Positions 12,979-26,184 are shown, counted from the first letter of the stretch. The stretch: 64,000 bases of DNA from the human T2T-CHM13v2.0 reference genome, Homo sapiens (GCF_009914755.1 NC_060926.1); one strand, 5' to 3'. Made by a program: numbers and translations. Notes: a model not told the origin generated them from the letters alone.

Positions 12979-14742
12979 ACAAGATGAAGAAGACATATGT
13001 TTAAACTGCAATAAGAAAGTCACACACAATCTAGGATATACACCCTTATACTGTGCATTGAAACTTTATGTATTCATTAGGAATTAGTCTTGGAAAATCT
13101 CAGCAGTAAATACAATGTCTTCTATTACCATACTTCTTTATTTAAATAAGCCATTTCCACCTTTCCATTCTTCTTTACTTCATTTTTTATTACGGTTAAA
13201 AGTCTTATGTCATCCCAGTGTCTCACTGAAGAGCTCTTCACATCATATCTATCTAATACATCAAAGTAGATTTTTTAAACCAATTTCTTCAGTGTCACCA
13301 CATTATCAAGTAGTTAAGAAGATCTATTTGCTATAATTAACAAAGCTTTTAATAGTAGTGCATTAATTCTCTTGGGGATATTTACACTAGGTTATTTTGT
13401 CTTCAAGAACTGTGTTGATCCAAAAAATGCATCACAGATATTTTTCACGTTTTGGATGGGAAATATTCAAAGGCTTTCCCAAAGCCCCTCAGACCTCAGG
13501 AATGGGCAATTGCTTATCTTGCTTTAACTGAGACGAGCGCTGGGGAATTATTGGGAAGATTTCTATTTGCTTTGAACTCTAATTCATGACATAAGACTAT
13601 TAATTAATTTTTGTACTTTAATTTCTCACTTGAAATGAGAGTCTTATCCCAATTTAACTTTCCAGAGCATGGTGTAGATTAATTAGATAAAGCACAGTGA
13701 ACAGTTACTTCAGAGGTTTGTCATTAGTAAAGGTCTGTGGGAAAAACCTTCATTATTCTACCACCATTTGGTTTATAAATTTATAAACAGATAATTAATT
13801 GTAATCTTTTTCTGTTAAGACCTTGAAGATTTGTATTTGATGAGTTTGATCGAGGGCTTAATCAAACAATGGTTGCAAATCTCAACTTGCTAATTGGTTT
13901 AGTTGTTAATTAAGAACTTATCTTCTTACAGGCAAATTAAAATTTCTGAATTTATGAATATCTCCAAAGTTTATCCTCCCCCCCCCAAAAGAAGAGCAGT
14001 TTTCTTCAGTATCTAAATTCTGTAAATGTGAGGATATTATCTTTAACTCATGCTACATATTCTTTCAGTTTAAGAATGAACAAATTTTCTGATTTTTATT
14101 CTTTTGTAGCTTGTTGAATCTTTTTGGAAAGCCCCATCTCTTATAGAAAGACCCTCAAAAATTTTTTTCTCTCAATACCTATCTTGAAGTACCTTCTTTT
14201 ATGAATAAAATATAGTTACTTATTAATTAACTTGATATCTTACTTCTAATTGTACCTGTGATTCATTTATTAATACATAGATTAATTACTGCATGCATTC
14301 ATTCCCCTATTATTTCTAAGCATGTCCTAATTTATTGTTTTATGAGTTTAAATAATGTTACATATGATGAAGATAAGTACTTCTCTTCCTGTTCCTCCTT
14401 TTTCCTTTCTTTCTTACATCCACCTCCCCTTGCCCTCCCTTTTTTTTTTTTTTAATTCCCCCTGGCCTTTTCTTTTTGTCTTCTTTACTCTCTCCTTCCT
14501 CCCTTCATAGCTCCACATGGGGGCATTTCTTGCTTCAGGAAAACAGGCAATTCTATTATTTTCAGCTTTCATATTGCTACCTATTCTCAGGTTAAAACTG
14601 TTTTTTGTTTGTTTTTGTACTACTTTCTAACTCTGCTGCATGGTCATGATTCCCATGACCATAATCCCTTAAGCAATTCCGCCCCCCCCCCCGCCCCCTC
14701 CCCCCACCCCAAGTCACAGATATCAGACCTTTAAAAAAGTTA

Positions 14743-15708
14743 AGATGGTATCTCATTGTGATTTTGATTTGCATTTCTCTGATGGCCAGTGATGAGGAGC
14801 ATTTTTTCATGTGTTTTTTGGCTGCATAAATGTCTTCTTTTGAGAAGTATCTGTTCATATCCTTCACCCACTTTTTGATGGGGTTGTTTGTTTTTTTCTT
14901 GTAAATTTGTTTGAGTTCATTGTAGATTCTGGATATTAGCCCTTTGTCAGATAAGTAGACTGCAAACAAAACGACAATGAGATACCATCTCACAACAGTT
15001 AGAATGGGGATAATTAAAAAGTCAGGAAACAACAGGTGCTGGAGAGGATGTGGAGAAATAGGAACACTTTTATACTGTTGGTGGGACTGTAAATTAGTTC
15101 AACCACTGTGGAAGTCAGTGTGGCAATTCCTCAGGGATCTAGAACTCGAAATACCGTTTGACCCAGCCATCCCATTACTAGGTATATACCCAAAGGATTA
15201 TAAATCATGCTGCTATAAAGACACATGCACACATGTTTATTGAGGCACTATTCGCAATAGCAAAGACTTGGAACCAACCTAAATGTCCAACAATGATAGA
15301 CTGGATTAAGAAAATGTGGCACATATACACCATGGAATACCATGCAGCCATAAAAAATGATGAGTTCATGTCCTTTGTAGGGACATAGATGAAGCTGGAA
15401 ACCATCATTCTCAGCAAACTATCGCAAGGACAAAAAACCAAACACCGCATGTTCTCACTCATAGGTGGGAATTGAACAATGAGAGACATGGACACAGGAA
15501 GGGGAACATCACACTCTGGGGCATGTTGTGGGGTGGGGGGAGCGGGGAGGGATAGCATTAGGAGATATACCTAATGCTAAATGACGAGTTAATGAGTGCA
15601 GCACACCAACATGGCACATGTATACATATATAACAAACCTTCACGTTGTGCACATGTACCCTAAAACTTAAAGTATAATAATAATAAAATAAAATAAATT
15701 AAAAAAAA
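14743..15708 (+). mobile_element. 5'-truncated L1PA (PA3/PA4-like) with 5' inversion (14743-14966 inverted)
   Basis: ORF 14977-15243 (+) is the ORF2p C-terminus ([29 protein letters not shown]); 3' UTR complete to a poly-A at ~15677-15708; the upstream segment is the adjacent ORF2 sequence on the minus strand. Confidence 0.96.
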
Positions 15709-15827
15709 GAATTTGCCATTAAGGAAAACTTGATAAATTACACATGGGATCGCTTTGTATTATTTTATACAACCACATGTGAATCAGCAATTATCTCTAA
15801 ATGAAAAGTGTAATAAAAAAATAAAAT
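15709..15827 (+). mobile_element. Old L1MC/ME-type 3'-end fragment plus second A-rich tail (probable 3' transduction)
   Basis: ggaaaacttgataaattacacatgggatcgctttgtattattttatacaaccacatgtgaatcagcaattatctctaaat resembles the L1M 3' terminus; it lies inside the apparent L1PA TSD pair. Confidence 0.65.
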
Positions 15828-15843
15828 AAAGGAGTTAAGAAAC

Positions 15844-16133
15844 GGCCGGGCGCAGTGGCTCACGCCTGTAATCTCAGCACTTTGGGAGGCAGAGGCGGAC
15901 GGATCATGAGGTCAAGAGATCAAGACCGTCCTGGCCAACATGATGAAACCCCGTCTGTAAATACAAAAATTAGCTGGGCGTGGTGGCGTGTGCCTGTAGT
16001 CCCAGCTACTCGGGAGGCTGAGGCAGGAGAATTGCTTGAACCTTGAACCTGGGAGGCAGAGGTTGCAGTGAGCTGCGATCGCACCACTGCACTCCAGTCT
16101 GGCGACAGAGCAAGACTCCGTCTCAAAAAAAAG
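15844..16133 (+). mobile_element. AluSc
   Basis: gtcaagagatc and ctggcgacagag diagnostics; TSD aagaaac at 15837-15843 and 16134-16140; internal ttgaacc duplication. Confidence 0.93.
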
Positions 16134-16410
16134 AAGAAACATAGGGCTAAAGGCTTAGCTACATTTCAGCAAGCGGAAAACAATCCACTTTCTCTCCTAT
16201 GGAGAATGAACAGCTGAATGATAGTTGTGCTGTGATCAGTCACCTTAGCCTACTTATTTGCCTGTGAAACCATCTACAGAAACTGCTTAGTGTCAGGAAT
16301 GGTTACATCCTGCAGTTTGACACATTCAGTAGAATGTACAGGGATTATTGGAGCCTATAATAGACTCATTCTCACAGGAAACTGTAGCATAGAGAGGATT
16401 ACTTTCTAAA

Positions 16411-16660
16411 ATAATGATAACAGTACCACTTACTGAGCATATACAATGGGTCAATGTTGAACTTACTTTACATGCATTAACTCAAATACTGATTAGCCGA
16501 ATAACTGCTAATATGGCAGGTATTATAACTATCCTCATTTGATAGATGAACAAGTCAAAGCTCAGAGAGTTAAACTAAGTTTATGTAGGTCACATATTTA
16601 TCAAGTGTAAGGGATGGGCAGGTTTGTTTGACTCCAAAATCAACGCATCTAACCACTGCA
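16411..16660 (-). mobile_element. MIR
   Basis: ttactgagc...tttacatgcattaactca...atcctcatttgatagatgaac..agctcagagagtta...tgactccaaa...taaccactg. Confidence 0.8.
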
Positions 16661-17943
16661 GAAGGGCTTGATAAACAGCCATCTCAGTACCTGGCTAGAA
16701 ATCCAAGGCAGAGAACACTGCCTTGTAAGAGTAAGAGACAGATTTGAACTCAGGGCTATTAAATTTCACAGTTTCCATGATATACTGATGCTCTTCAATC
16801 TTAGACCTGCTGTACCAACATCTCTAAGAGACGGGGTCTGGTTCCTGGAAATTTTATTATTTTAAGCATAGATATCTTGTTCTTATTTGAAAAGAAACTT
16901 GCATTTAATTAATTTAGTTGTGAGACAGTGACCAAGGGGGTCATTTTTACCTAGGTGTTACACCAATTACCTAGGTGTTTTCAATAAAACCTCTGTCTGG
17001 AACACTGAAAGTACAAAAAAAAAAGATAGAGAATTAAAGAGTTACTCATTGCAGGGTTGGTTGCATTTCAAGTCCAGTATCAATGACGTAATTAAAATTC
17101 CAGAGGTGGCAGCAGGTGTTCAGGTGTTGAATCATAACCAGATTGTCCTTGTGGTGACCTTAAACATACACCCCATTCCCTACCCTCCCCTATTATTCCT
17201 GAGCGTAATTCTCCAATATGCTTTATGAATTGCTTGATATTCTTTCAACACATATTATTTATGCTTAAGCCCAAATTGGATTTTGTTGCTTACAATGAAG
17301 ACCAAGCCAGAATCATCAGGTGATTCTCATAATAAGCTAGATTTGGATACACAATATAGATTGTGTGAGAACATTTTCCTGAAACAAACAAAAAGGCAAA
17401 GCTGTGGAATTCAATAAACTCCTTCCTATGATTAATTTATATTTAAAACAAAGCTCTCCAAAGACAAAAAAATATATAAGTAATATTTACTCATATTGAA
17501 GTAGGTACTACTCTAGAAAGTCAAGGACACATGATTGCTGTGTTCTCTATATGGAAACCTTGTGGCTGAATAGTCAGAGACAGTATTGTGACCTTAAACT
17601 GATAACTAAAAGATAAATAGAATCAGCTAGCCTGGAAGATAATCCCTTCAATACGTGTCAGCAAAAGCCCCAAATATGATTAGGAATATGTTTGCTACAG
17701 CAAAAAGTTAATGTCCTCACAAACTGAAGTCATCTTTAAGGAAAAATCTCAATGTTCATTTGAAAAATATATTTTTGCTATGATAGAAGATATTTTGAAC
17801 ATATTTAACACTAAGAAAATGCTTTACTCATGGACATTTGGGGAAAAAAGAAAATGCATTACTTGAATAAGCAGTAACATAAGAGAATTTGACTTTAATG
17901 TAGCAAGCATAGCAAACTAGTGCTGTCCCTGCGAAATATTTAC

Positions 17944-18055
17944 CTTGACAGGTTGTATGCAAGGAAAACAGACGTTTCCATCGCAAACATAATTTTGATG
18001 AACTCCTCTTGGAATTTTATCCAGGGTCTTTGATAGATCATCATTTAATGGTGAT
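17944..18055 (-). other. Candidate exon, 112 nt
   Basis: Strong donor AAG|gtaaat and weaker acceptor ttttttttcaaaaaatctag|A; one fully open frame and a second frame open from an ATG. Confidence 0.2.
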
Positions 18056-18253
18056 CTAGATTTTTTGAAAAAAAATATAGGGTATTTGAAAAATATAGCG
18101 TTGGTATGTGGTTCCCATGTTTATACATGTTTTTAATATACAAAACATAGAATGCCCTTAATGTAATAAAATATATTTTTGTGTCTTCAAAACAAATCTC
18201 AAAGATCCTTCACAAAACTTTTCTTAGTAATCAACATATCCTTGAAGATGATT

Positions 18254-18300
<47 letters not shown>
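18254..18300. repeat. (GATA)~12 tetranucleotide microsatellite
   Basis: Directly visible perfect run. Confidence 0.98.
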
Positions 18301-18959
18301 TTATAACTTGTGCAAAAGCCTCCCTTGAAGGGCACTAATTATTTGGAAATTGGGTACACCAGCTCTGCTATGCAAGTTTTGAAAAACAACCGAGAACCAC
18401 TAATTTCTGATAAAATTCAGGTTGGCAGGTGATAATAACCTAGTATATACAGAAAAATCCTATATTATTTTTAAATTTTTAACCTACTATTTTTGTTGAG
18501 TAAGTCAATTATATATGAAAGTTATAAAATGACTAACACCTGGGCATTATGCTGACACATAAATTATTTAAATGTGTATTAATTGTCCTTTTTCTTTGAC
18601 TATAGATACATTGATTACCAGACTTTTATATTTGGCTCATTCACACCAACTTCATCATTTTTTTAAAAATTAACTCAGTTTGTTAAGAGTTAATAAAGCA
18701 TATAATTTGTTTACCTGGAAGAAACAATTTCATTTCTTTTCATACTCACAATGTATTGGATTGTTTGATGTTTAGTTGAATTATGCAATTATAGGATCAT
18801 GTACAATAGAATACATAGGTTTAGGAATAAGTAAAACTGACTGTTAGAAAGTATTCAACTAAAATTATAGCAATCATAAAGTGGGGTGTCCTTAGCCTAT
18901 CAGCTACAAGGATACAGTATGTTATGAATAGTTGCCAATATGTTTTATAGATAACATAC

Positions 18960-19064
18960 TCAATCCAGTAGGCTTCAGAAATGAAATAGTCCATCCACCG
19001 ATAAAAATGGAACTTAGTTAGAGCTTCTCCTGCATCAAAATAGCTATTCAGAATAATGTTGTAT
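18960..19064 (-). other. Candidate exon, 105 nt (alternative acceptor gives 18960-19029)
   Basis: tttctcatacctgcag|A...GA|gtatgt; open frame [34 protein letters not shown]. Confidence 0.18.
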
Positions 19065-19083
19065 CTGCAGGTATGAGAAATTC

Positions 19084-19386
<303 letters not shown>

Positions 19387-19542
19387 CACAGGTGTGATAA
19401 ATTCTGATGTGAATAGCATATATATAACTAAAATGTTAAATTTTATTTTGCATTTTTTTCAGTATTTGAAGGTTATTTACAATAAATTTGGCAAACTATA
19501 TTCAGTCTTTGATGATTTGTCAGAGTCAATATATAAAGTCAT

Positions 19543-19772
19543 CATTTCTGTGCCTCAATTTCCTCATCTGGACTGGGATTGATAATAGTCCCTACTCTAC
19601 AGGTTGCTGGAAGGATTCAGTGAGTTAATATATGAAGTATCTAGAGCAGTGCCTGGCACATAATGAGTGCCAGGGCTCCCCTGTTGTACCCTCTGTTGTT
19701 CTACAGTGTACAGCCTGTACAGCTGTGTGCAGCAGCCTTGGAGAGTGCTATGTAATTGTTAGCTACTATTTC
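19543..19772 (+). mobile_element. MIR 3' half, interrupted by a MITE
   Basis: ctgtgcctcaatttcctcatct...gagttaatatatg..tagagcagtgcctggcacata..[insert]..gtgctatgtaattgttagctactatt. Confidence 0.85.
19671..19740 (-). mobile_element. 70-bp hAT-Tip100 MITE (MER91-like)
   Basis: Termini cagggct...agccttg; 8-bp TSD atgagtgc/gagagtgc; core ctgtacaggctgtacactg on the minus strand. Confidence 0.6.
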
Positions 19773-21429
19773 AATTGTTACAGTCGTGAAAAGTAGAAGT
19801 AAAGAGCTTATGTAACTTACTCACAGTCGCAGAGCTGATAAGTGGGAGATCAGATTCCAACTTATATGTATAATGCTGTATTACTTGCCTTTGGAGGTGA
19901 ATTACATGAAAAAGGTCAACACAACCTTGCACTTGCTACCTTCTATATTCGGCATTAAAGCCAATTCTGATGACCGGAATTGGGCTTAAATGTCTGCTAC
20001 CCTCTACCCCAAAAAAGATTGAAGTGCTTACTTTGCCATTTATGTAGAGAATAACAAGTCTACAGGAGAGCTGAGGACATTTTTTAGATCCTAACTAAGC
20101 ATACCAGATTGCAGGTACACTTACTGTGAAGGATGCCAACTGCTGTGGGGGGTATTTGATACTGTAGTTTGATATTCTATAGTCTATTTATATATGGTTG
20201 AAAGTCATTTTGCAAGTTAACTAAGTCAGATATAGTTTCGGAATTCAAAAATGAGAACATTTTAAACAGTTTTTTAGTTCACCTGTATTTAGATAATGCT
20301 ACTTTTACAAAGGGCCATTGTCATTTTAGTATATTATGATCTGTTTTTGTATTTTTTGAAATGGATACTAATGAGAAACTCCTCTCTAATCTCAAGGTTT
20401 ATTGCTCAATATTTTTAAAGCTTTTGTTGTCATATGTTCTTGCCAAACTTTAGCCCTTTGTGCATTTCTCTTTTTTTCCTATTTACCCTAAAGTAGAGCC
20501 TCATTTTTTACCTTTCAACTTCCTCTTAGGCAGCTTTCAGAATATAAAGCACCATCTTTCACCCACAAATTCTCTCATTAAATAAAGCATTGTTTTATCA
20601 CATAAACTCTGTTTGCTAGTGTAGGATTTTTTTCCCTCATAGATGACTTCTATGTATCCCAATGCTCAATTTACCCTTTGTTCACACAATACTATAGTTT
20701 TTAAAGATTTTCTTCTTACTTTTTTTTTCTACTTTTTAAGATTCCTTTTCGCAAGTTCCTGTGTGTTTACTATAATGGGAGCCGAATAATGAATTTCTAA
20801 TTATTTCTCTTCGGAACTTCACCTCCTGAAGAGATCCTAATAGAGAGTGATCTAGTCTAAATCAGGCAGCAGAACAAGAAAGAGGCAGAACAAATTTCTT
20901 AACTAATCCAATTACTGGATGATTCTGGAAACCAGGCTCCACCAGTACCTTGACAATATCACCATGGAAATTCATAAAAGGACAGGATTTTTCAACTAAT
21001 ATTGCAGTATCTTGTGTGAGGGAATGAAACCTTCACATGGTGATACTTATAAAATTTCAGCGGAACCTAGGATGGCTACTTGAGACTTTTTATTTCTAGT
21101 TCATTGGGATGTGCTAAAATAAGCCTCTGGCAAGTCAAATTTAACTACGATAGGAATCCCTCAAAACACTGAAATTATATTTCTCTAGATGATTCATATT
21201 TCCTGGGAGAGGTAATATTTTACCCGGAAGGTCTTATCTCCCATCAGTGGCCTCTCTTAGGAGACCATGGGCCTCCAGAATCCCATAACCACCCCCGCAC
21301 ACAGATTTTTCAGATTTGGAGGTTACCAGACCTGGGAAAGGCATGATCACTTGTAGTTTCTCTGCATCATATCCACATTTTTAATAAACAAATTATTCTT
21401 TAAACTCTATTCCTACTGAGGCTTTGACC

Positions 21430-21680
21430 ATTAAAAGCTGGTTTCGGAGCAAAACTCGCTTAGAATCCTGGCTTCAGGATTTACTAGCTTCAGGGTTCAT
21501 TTCAATTATTTACCAGGATTTAATAACCTTGAGTAAGTTACTTAGCCTCTTTGTCACCTGCTTCATCTGAAAACAAAAATAGTCAAACTTTCCTTTCTTT
21601 GACTGAATGAGAATTAAATGAGATTATATAGGTAAAATGTTTGACATATTTTTGATACGTAAGTACTTATTTCATGTAAC
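21430..21680 (+). mobile_element. MIR
   Basis: gaatcctggcttc...ccttgagtaagttacttagcctct...tgagaattaaatgagattatat. Confidence 0.7.
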
Positions 21681-21866
21681 TTCTTGCCTCTCTTTATCCA
21701 TTTATATGATTAATATGCCATGAAGAAATAATGAGACAAGGAAGATTTTGTCAAGGAAGGACAAGTTTAAAAGGCCTTGTTATCCTCCACTACAATTATG
21801 AATATGATTAGTTAAGTCTTTTTATATTTACTTCAAACCAATTGTTTTATTATAATCTCAATCTTT

Positions 21867-22143
21867 TTTTTTTTTTTTTTTTTTTTCTGAGACGGAGTCT
21901 CGCTTTGCCGCCCAGGCTGGAGTGCAGTGGTGTGATCTCCACTCACTGCAAGCTTCACGCCATTCTCCTGCCTCAGCCTCCCGAGTAGCTGGGACTACAG
22001 GCGCCCGCCACCACGCCCGGCTAATTTTTTGTATTTTTAGAAGAGACGGAGTTTCACCGTGTTAGCCAGGATGGTCTCAATCTCCCAACCTCGTGATCCG
22101 CCCGCCTCAGCCTCCCAAAGTGCTGGGATTACAGGCATGAGCC
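21867..22143 (-). mobile_element. AluY, slightly 5'-truncated, with ~12-nt internal deletion
   Basis: gcaagc..cacgccattctcc and ccgtgttagccaggatgg diagnostics; TSD caatcttt at 21859-21866 and 22143-22150. Confidence 0.95.
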
Positions 22144-22229
22144 AATCTTTAGGACTAAGATGGCGTGTTTGTGTGTCCGCGTGTGCATGTGCAACAAAGA
22201 AAAAGAATACGAGTGTATATGTTTGTGCG

Positions 22230-23220
22230 TCTAACAGATTGTTACATTACAAAAAGAAAGCTTTTTGTAACAGTTCAAACTAATAGAAAAACAGAGTAAA
22301 AAGCAACAGTTTCCCTTCGCCCCAAATCATTCCACTTCCCTCTCCAGAGGTCACTGTTGTTCAATTTTGGTGCATATGCACACACACACAAACACACACA
22401 CTCCTATTCACAACAGTAAAGCCTCATAATCTTCTGTTGTTTTAATGTGGCGAGGTATATGAATAAGATCCTACAACCTAAGTTGTTGTGTCTTGCTTTT
22501 TTCGCTGGATAATTATTATTTCTATTTCGGAGAACATAGAGAAATGTTCTTGTTATAGTATTCCACAAAAATGGATATTTAATAATATATTTTATATGCC
22601 TCTACATATGTGTATTTCTTCAGTTTCTCACTGATAAAGGGTTCTTTAAAATATTGCTTTGTGCAAATGTGTAATTTTCTGCAGTGTAAATTAATAGAAG
22701 TGAAATTCTTGGGTAAAAGGATATGCATACTTTAATTTTTGATTGACACTTCCAAATCGTCTTTTTAAAATTCTCTCAAATTATATTTCTAATATTAGTG
22801 TAGGAATGTAATAATGTTCTCATATTTTTGAATAATAAATATAATCAGTATTTTAATTTGTGTCCATTGGCATGAAAAATGATATCTTTTATATTTTAAA
22901 TTACATTTGATTATTTTGATATATTTGTGGACTAATTGTATTTATTCTTCTAGGAAATCCATATTCATGTCTTTGTCCTCATTTTGGACAGTAGTCATAT
23001 TAGTACTAATTTATGGAAGAACTTTACATGTTACAAATACATATTTTTTTCATTATGTTGCAAAACTTTCCCCACCTATTGCTTATTTAACTTTTGACAC
23101 TGTTTCTGGTGTCTTTTGGTGCTAACATTTTAAATTCTTATATATTCAGATTTGCCTATCTTTTTTTAGACTTCTGAGCTGCATATTTTGTTTATAAAAA
23201 TAACTCTCCAGAGTTGTTTT
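22230..23220 (-). mobile_element. Old L1ME fragment(s)
   Basis: ccctctccagaggtcactgttg; agaagtgaaattcttgggtaaaaggatatgc; ttgcaaaactttcccc. Confidence 0.6.
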
Positions 23221-24009
23221 TTTTCCAATTTGTCCTACATAAATTCACTTTGAAACTATAAAATAATTTCCTAAAAACAATTCTGTAGCCTTTCCTATTT
23301 TTTCTCCTGTCTAGTGAAAGAGTGGTATAGGAAAAAAAGGAAACAAACTAAGAGTCTGTGCTGTTACGTAACAGGTCTTTGATTATATTTATTTAATAAA
23401 TGGAATGTGTTGTGCTCTATTGCCAAACAGCCAAGAATGTGTTATTAGCCTTTAAATTGACATGATCTTGATAAATCATTCCATATTTGTGTTATTTACT
23501 TCAAAATTGTTCATATCTTGATTTTAAAACATGATTTTCCAACTGAACTATTTGCTCAAAAACAGTCTTTTATAAACCTCTAGTGTTTTAGAGATATTAT
23601 ATTATAAAGATAATATTAGAGGTTACCTTAAGCAAATGAATGTGGGTGAGTAGCAAGTGGAAAATTTCAGAGCTCCTCTTTGACTGCCTTTTTCAACTGC
23701 TAAATAGTCTCTTAGGCATCTTTGCAAAAACTGCTGGACTCCTCAGAGACTTCTATGACACGATCTGCTAAATCAGTGATCTCCAAAGTCAGTACTAAGG
23801 GTGATCTAGTTGGGGTCTGAAAATCAAATATTAGAACTTTAGTTCATGTCCAACACTAATAATATGATTTTTATCTCTTTGCATGCACATAAAATATTAG
23901 TGCAAATACAGGTATATATATGTATGGAAATATATATAGGGATGTATATATATACATATATAGGGATACAAATATATATATATAGGAATGTGTAATTTTT
24001 AAATATCAT

Positions 24010-24400
24010 TTTTAGTTATACAAATCTATTTACTTGAATAACTACTATATACCCACTTCTGTGTCAAGTACTACAAAATTTAAAAACCAACAATATATGT
24101 AATGTATGCTCTCTGCAGTGAAGGAGCCCATATATAATATGGAAAATAATTTTTACCTAGCTAAAAACAGAGACCCCAGGGTATATAGGTAAAGTGAATG
24201 GTTTAAAAGTGTTTAAGGGTTGCTGAACAGACAGAGACCAGTGCAGGCCAACCTAGTGTGGGAGATTTAAAGAGGCGTTGAACTTGGTATAAATCTTAAA
24301 ATGTCAAGAATATTCAGAAAGGAAAATAGGACCGAGAAGGATAAACGAACTATCAGTAGCAGAAGCCAGGTGGCAGGGATATACTTGAAAATGCCAGAGA
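24010..24400 (-). mobile_element. Degraded L2
   Basis: tatatacccacttctgtgtcaagtact...ctctctgcagtgaaggagccca resembles the reverse L2 3' end. Confidence 0.4.
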
Positions 24401-26184
24401 ACAGAAATTGAATGTTTAACATTAGTTATCTTCAGGATAAGTATAGACATAACAAAGAACAGAGAATAAAGATCAGTGACTCAGCCTCACTTAAAAAAAA
24501 AAAAAATGTCTTCATTAAAAAAAAAAAAAATCATGTCACTTGAAATCCCAATCTCAGTTGCATGGAAAGAGACTTACATTTTCCTTGAATTTACATGTCA
24601 TTCAGGTCCTAAGAAAGATGTTTAAGGACACAGGCTGCAATCAGTACCACTTTCTTCTCTTGGAGGTGTTGATTCATAGGGCCTAATTTAAGGGACTAGA
24701 CTGGAGAAGGGAGGTAAGCTAGATAATACCAAGCATCAATATAAGTGTTTCTAATTTGGGTTTGGAAGACAACATTTTACTGAAGCTTTGAACTAAGAAT
24801 AGAGCTAAATTCATCTGTCATAGCTTTGATTATCTGAGATAAAGTTAATAAAGGCAAAAACTAGGGTTATAATACAAGAAGTAAATACATTTTACTTATA
24901 ATTATCTTATGATTTTTTAGGACTTAATTTAGTAAATGAAGGACTACCTGATGGAATCTTGTAGAAGAAAAGGAAAATACCATGAATCATTATGTCTAGT
25001 TCTCTGTGCTAATATTGCTTGAAGTTGATCTCAAATCTTACCATCTCTGTAAGCTCTTTGTTAACAATAACAATCGATAAAAAGCTGACTGCTTCTCTGC
25101 CTATAGCATTTAATTGTCTTCTGCATTGCTATGGCACTTCAGTGGGTTTCTAGTTTCAAAACATGTGGGTAGTTCTATAACGAAATTGATTTCAAGCTCC
25201 ATGGGAGCAGGAACTGGGTCATAACAGCACCCCATGTGCTTTCTCTCCTTTGCCCTACCATTGAAAAGTTTCATCTCTTAGTCTGTGAATGTTTTGTACA
25301 TATGCTAAATAAACCTGAGACAGAAGATGCTGATGCCTGTGCCTTTGTGTATCCTGTGTTAAAACAACTTTAGCTTTCTTATTCCAAGAAACCAGAAGCT
25401 TCCTAAAAATGCCAAGTAGATGTTAAACAATGTATGTAAACCACCACTCAAAATTACTAACACTATCTTGGGAAAGAGGTAGCAATAGATAATCTAATAA
25501 TAAAATAATAAAAATAATAAAATTAGACTTGCCCTAAACAAAATGTACGAGACCTACACATTCTCCTCAGAAAATATAAGGCAGTTATGTAGGTGAAAAA
25601 AAATACTAGACCTTTTTGATATTAGATATAAGTTTCGAGGAAACTTTCAAGGGATCAAAAACCTGTGCTATGTTCTAAGAAAGCTGATTATTAAATATAA
25701 GATTATTGATTATTAAAGAAAAGAGCTGGAGAAGAATAAAATACAGAACATCCTTTCTAGATGTGAAGAAAAAGAAATCTCTTCATTTAGAAAAAGCTAT
25801 ACTGTTTAAGGGGCAGTAATGAACATGTAAATATTCATTTTTGAATGTATCATGTAAACATTTTAAGGAGAAAAACAAAAGGCTTTATAATCACTTGCTC
25901 TACAGGCACTTGCCCTCTCTTTAAACCCCATCATCAATCTGTAAGAGTGATTGGAATTGGATTGAACATATGGATCTGGTCCAGATGAATATTTTTAAAT
26001 GGAGCTTAGAAAAAGAGGTGAGAACCACCATTTAATCTTTTTAAAGTCTGAACAAATTGTGAAATATATGTGTTTGAGAGTAAGTAACAAATAGAATCAG
26101 ACAGTGTTTATGGAAGAGATAAAGGAGCATTTCATAAAATATTTATCCTCTACAGATGTACAACTGAGGAAGTTTATATGAATT

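Noticed and set aside
13771-13788. 18-bp perfect palindrome gtttataaatttataaac
   Set aside because: Low-complexity AT palindrome with no supporting context.
16947-16979. Short direct repeat ttacctaggtgtt x2 (similar micro-duplications at ~4777, 16036, 57315, 59311)
   Set aside because: Ordinary slippage duplications with no sign of function.
18951-19070. Plus-strand 120-nt coding exon
   Set aside because: All three frames contain a stop codon.
20125-21010. Further small minus-strand exon candidates (~20125-20176, ~20949-21010)
   Set aside because: Too short and with weak acceptors; open frames of this length are expected by chance.
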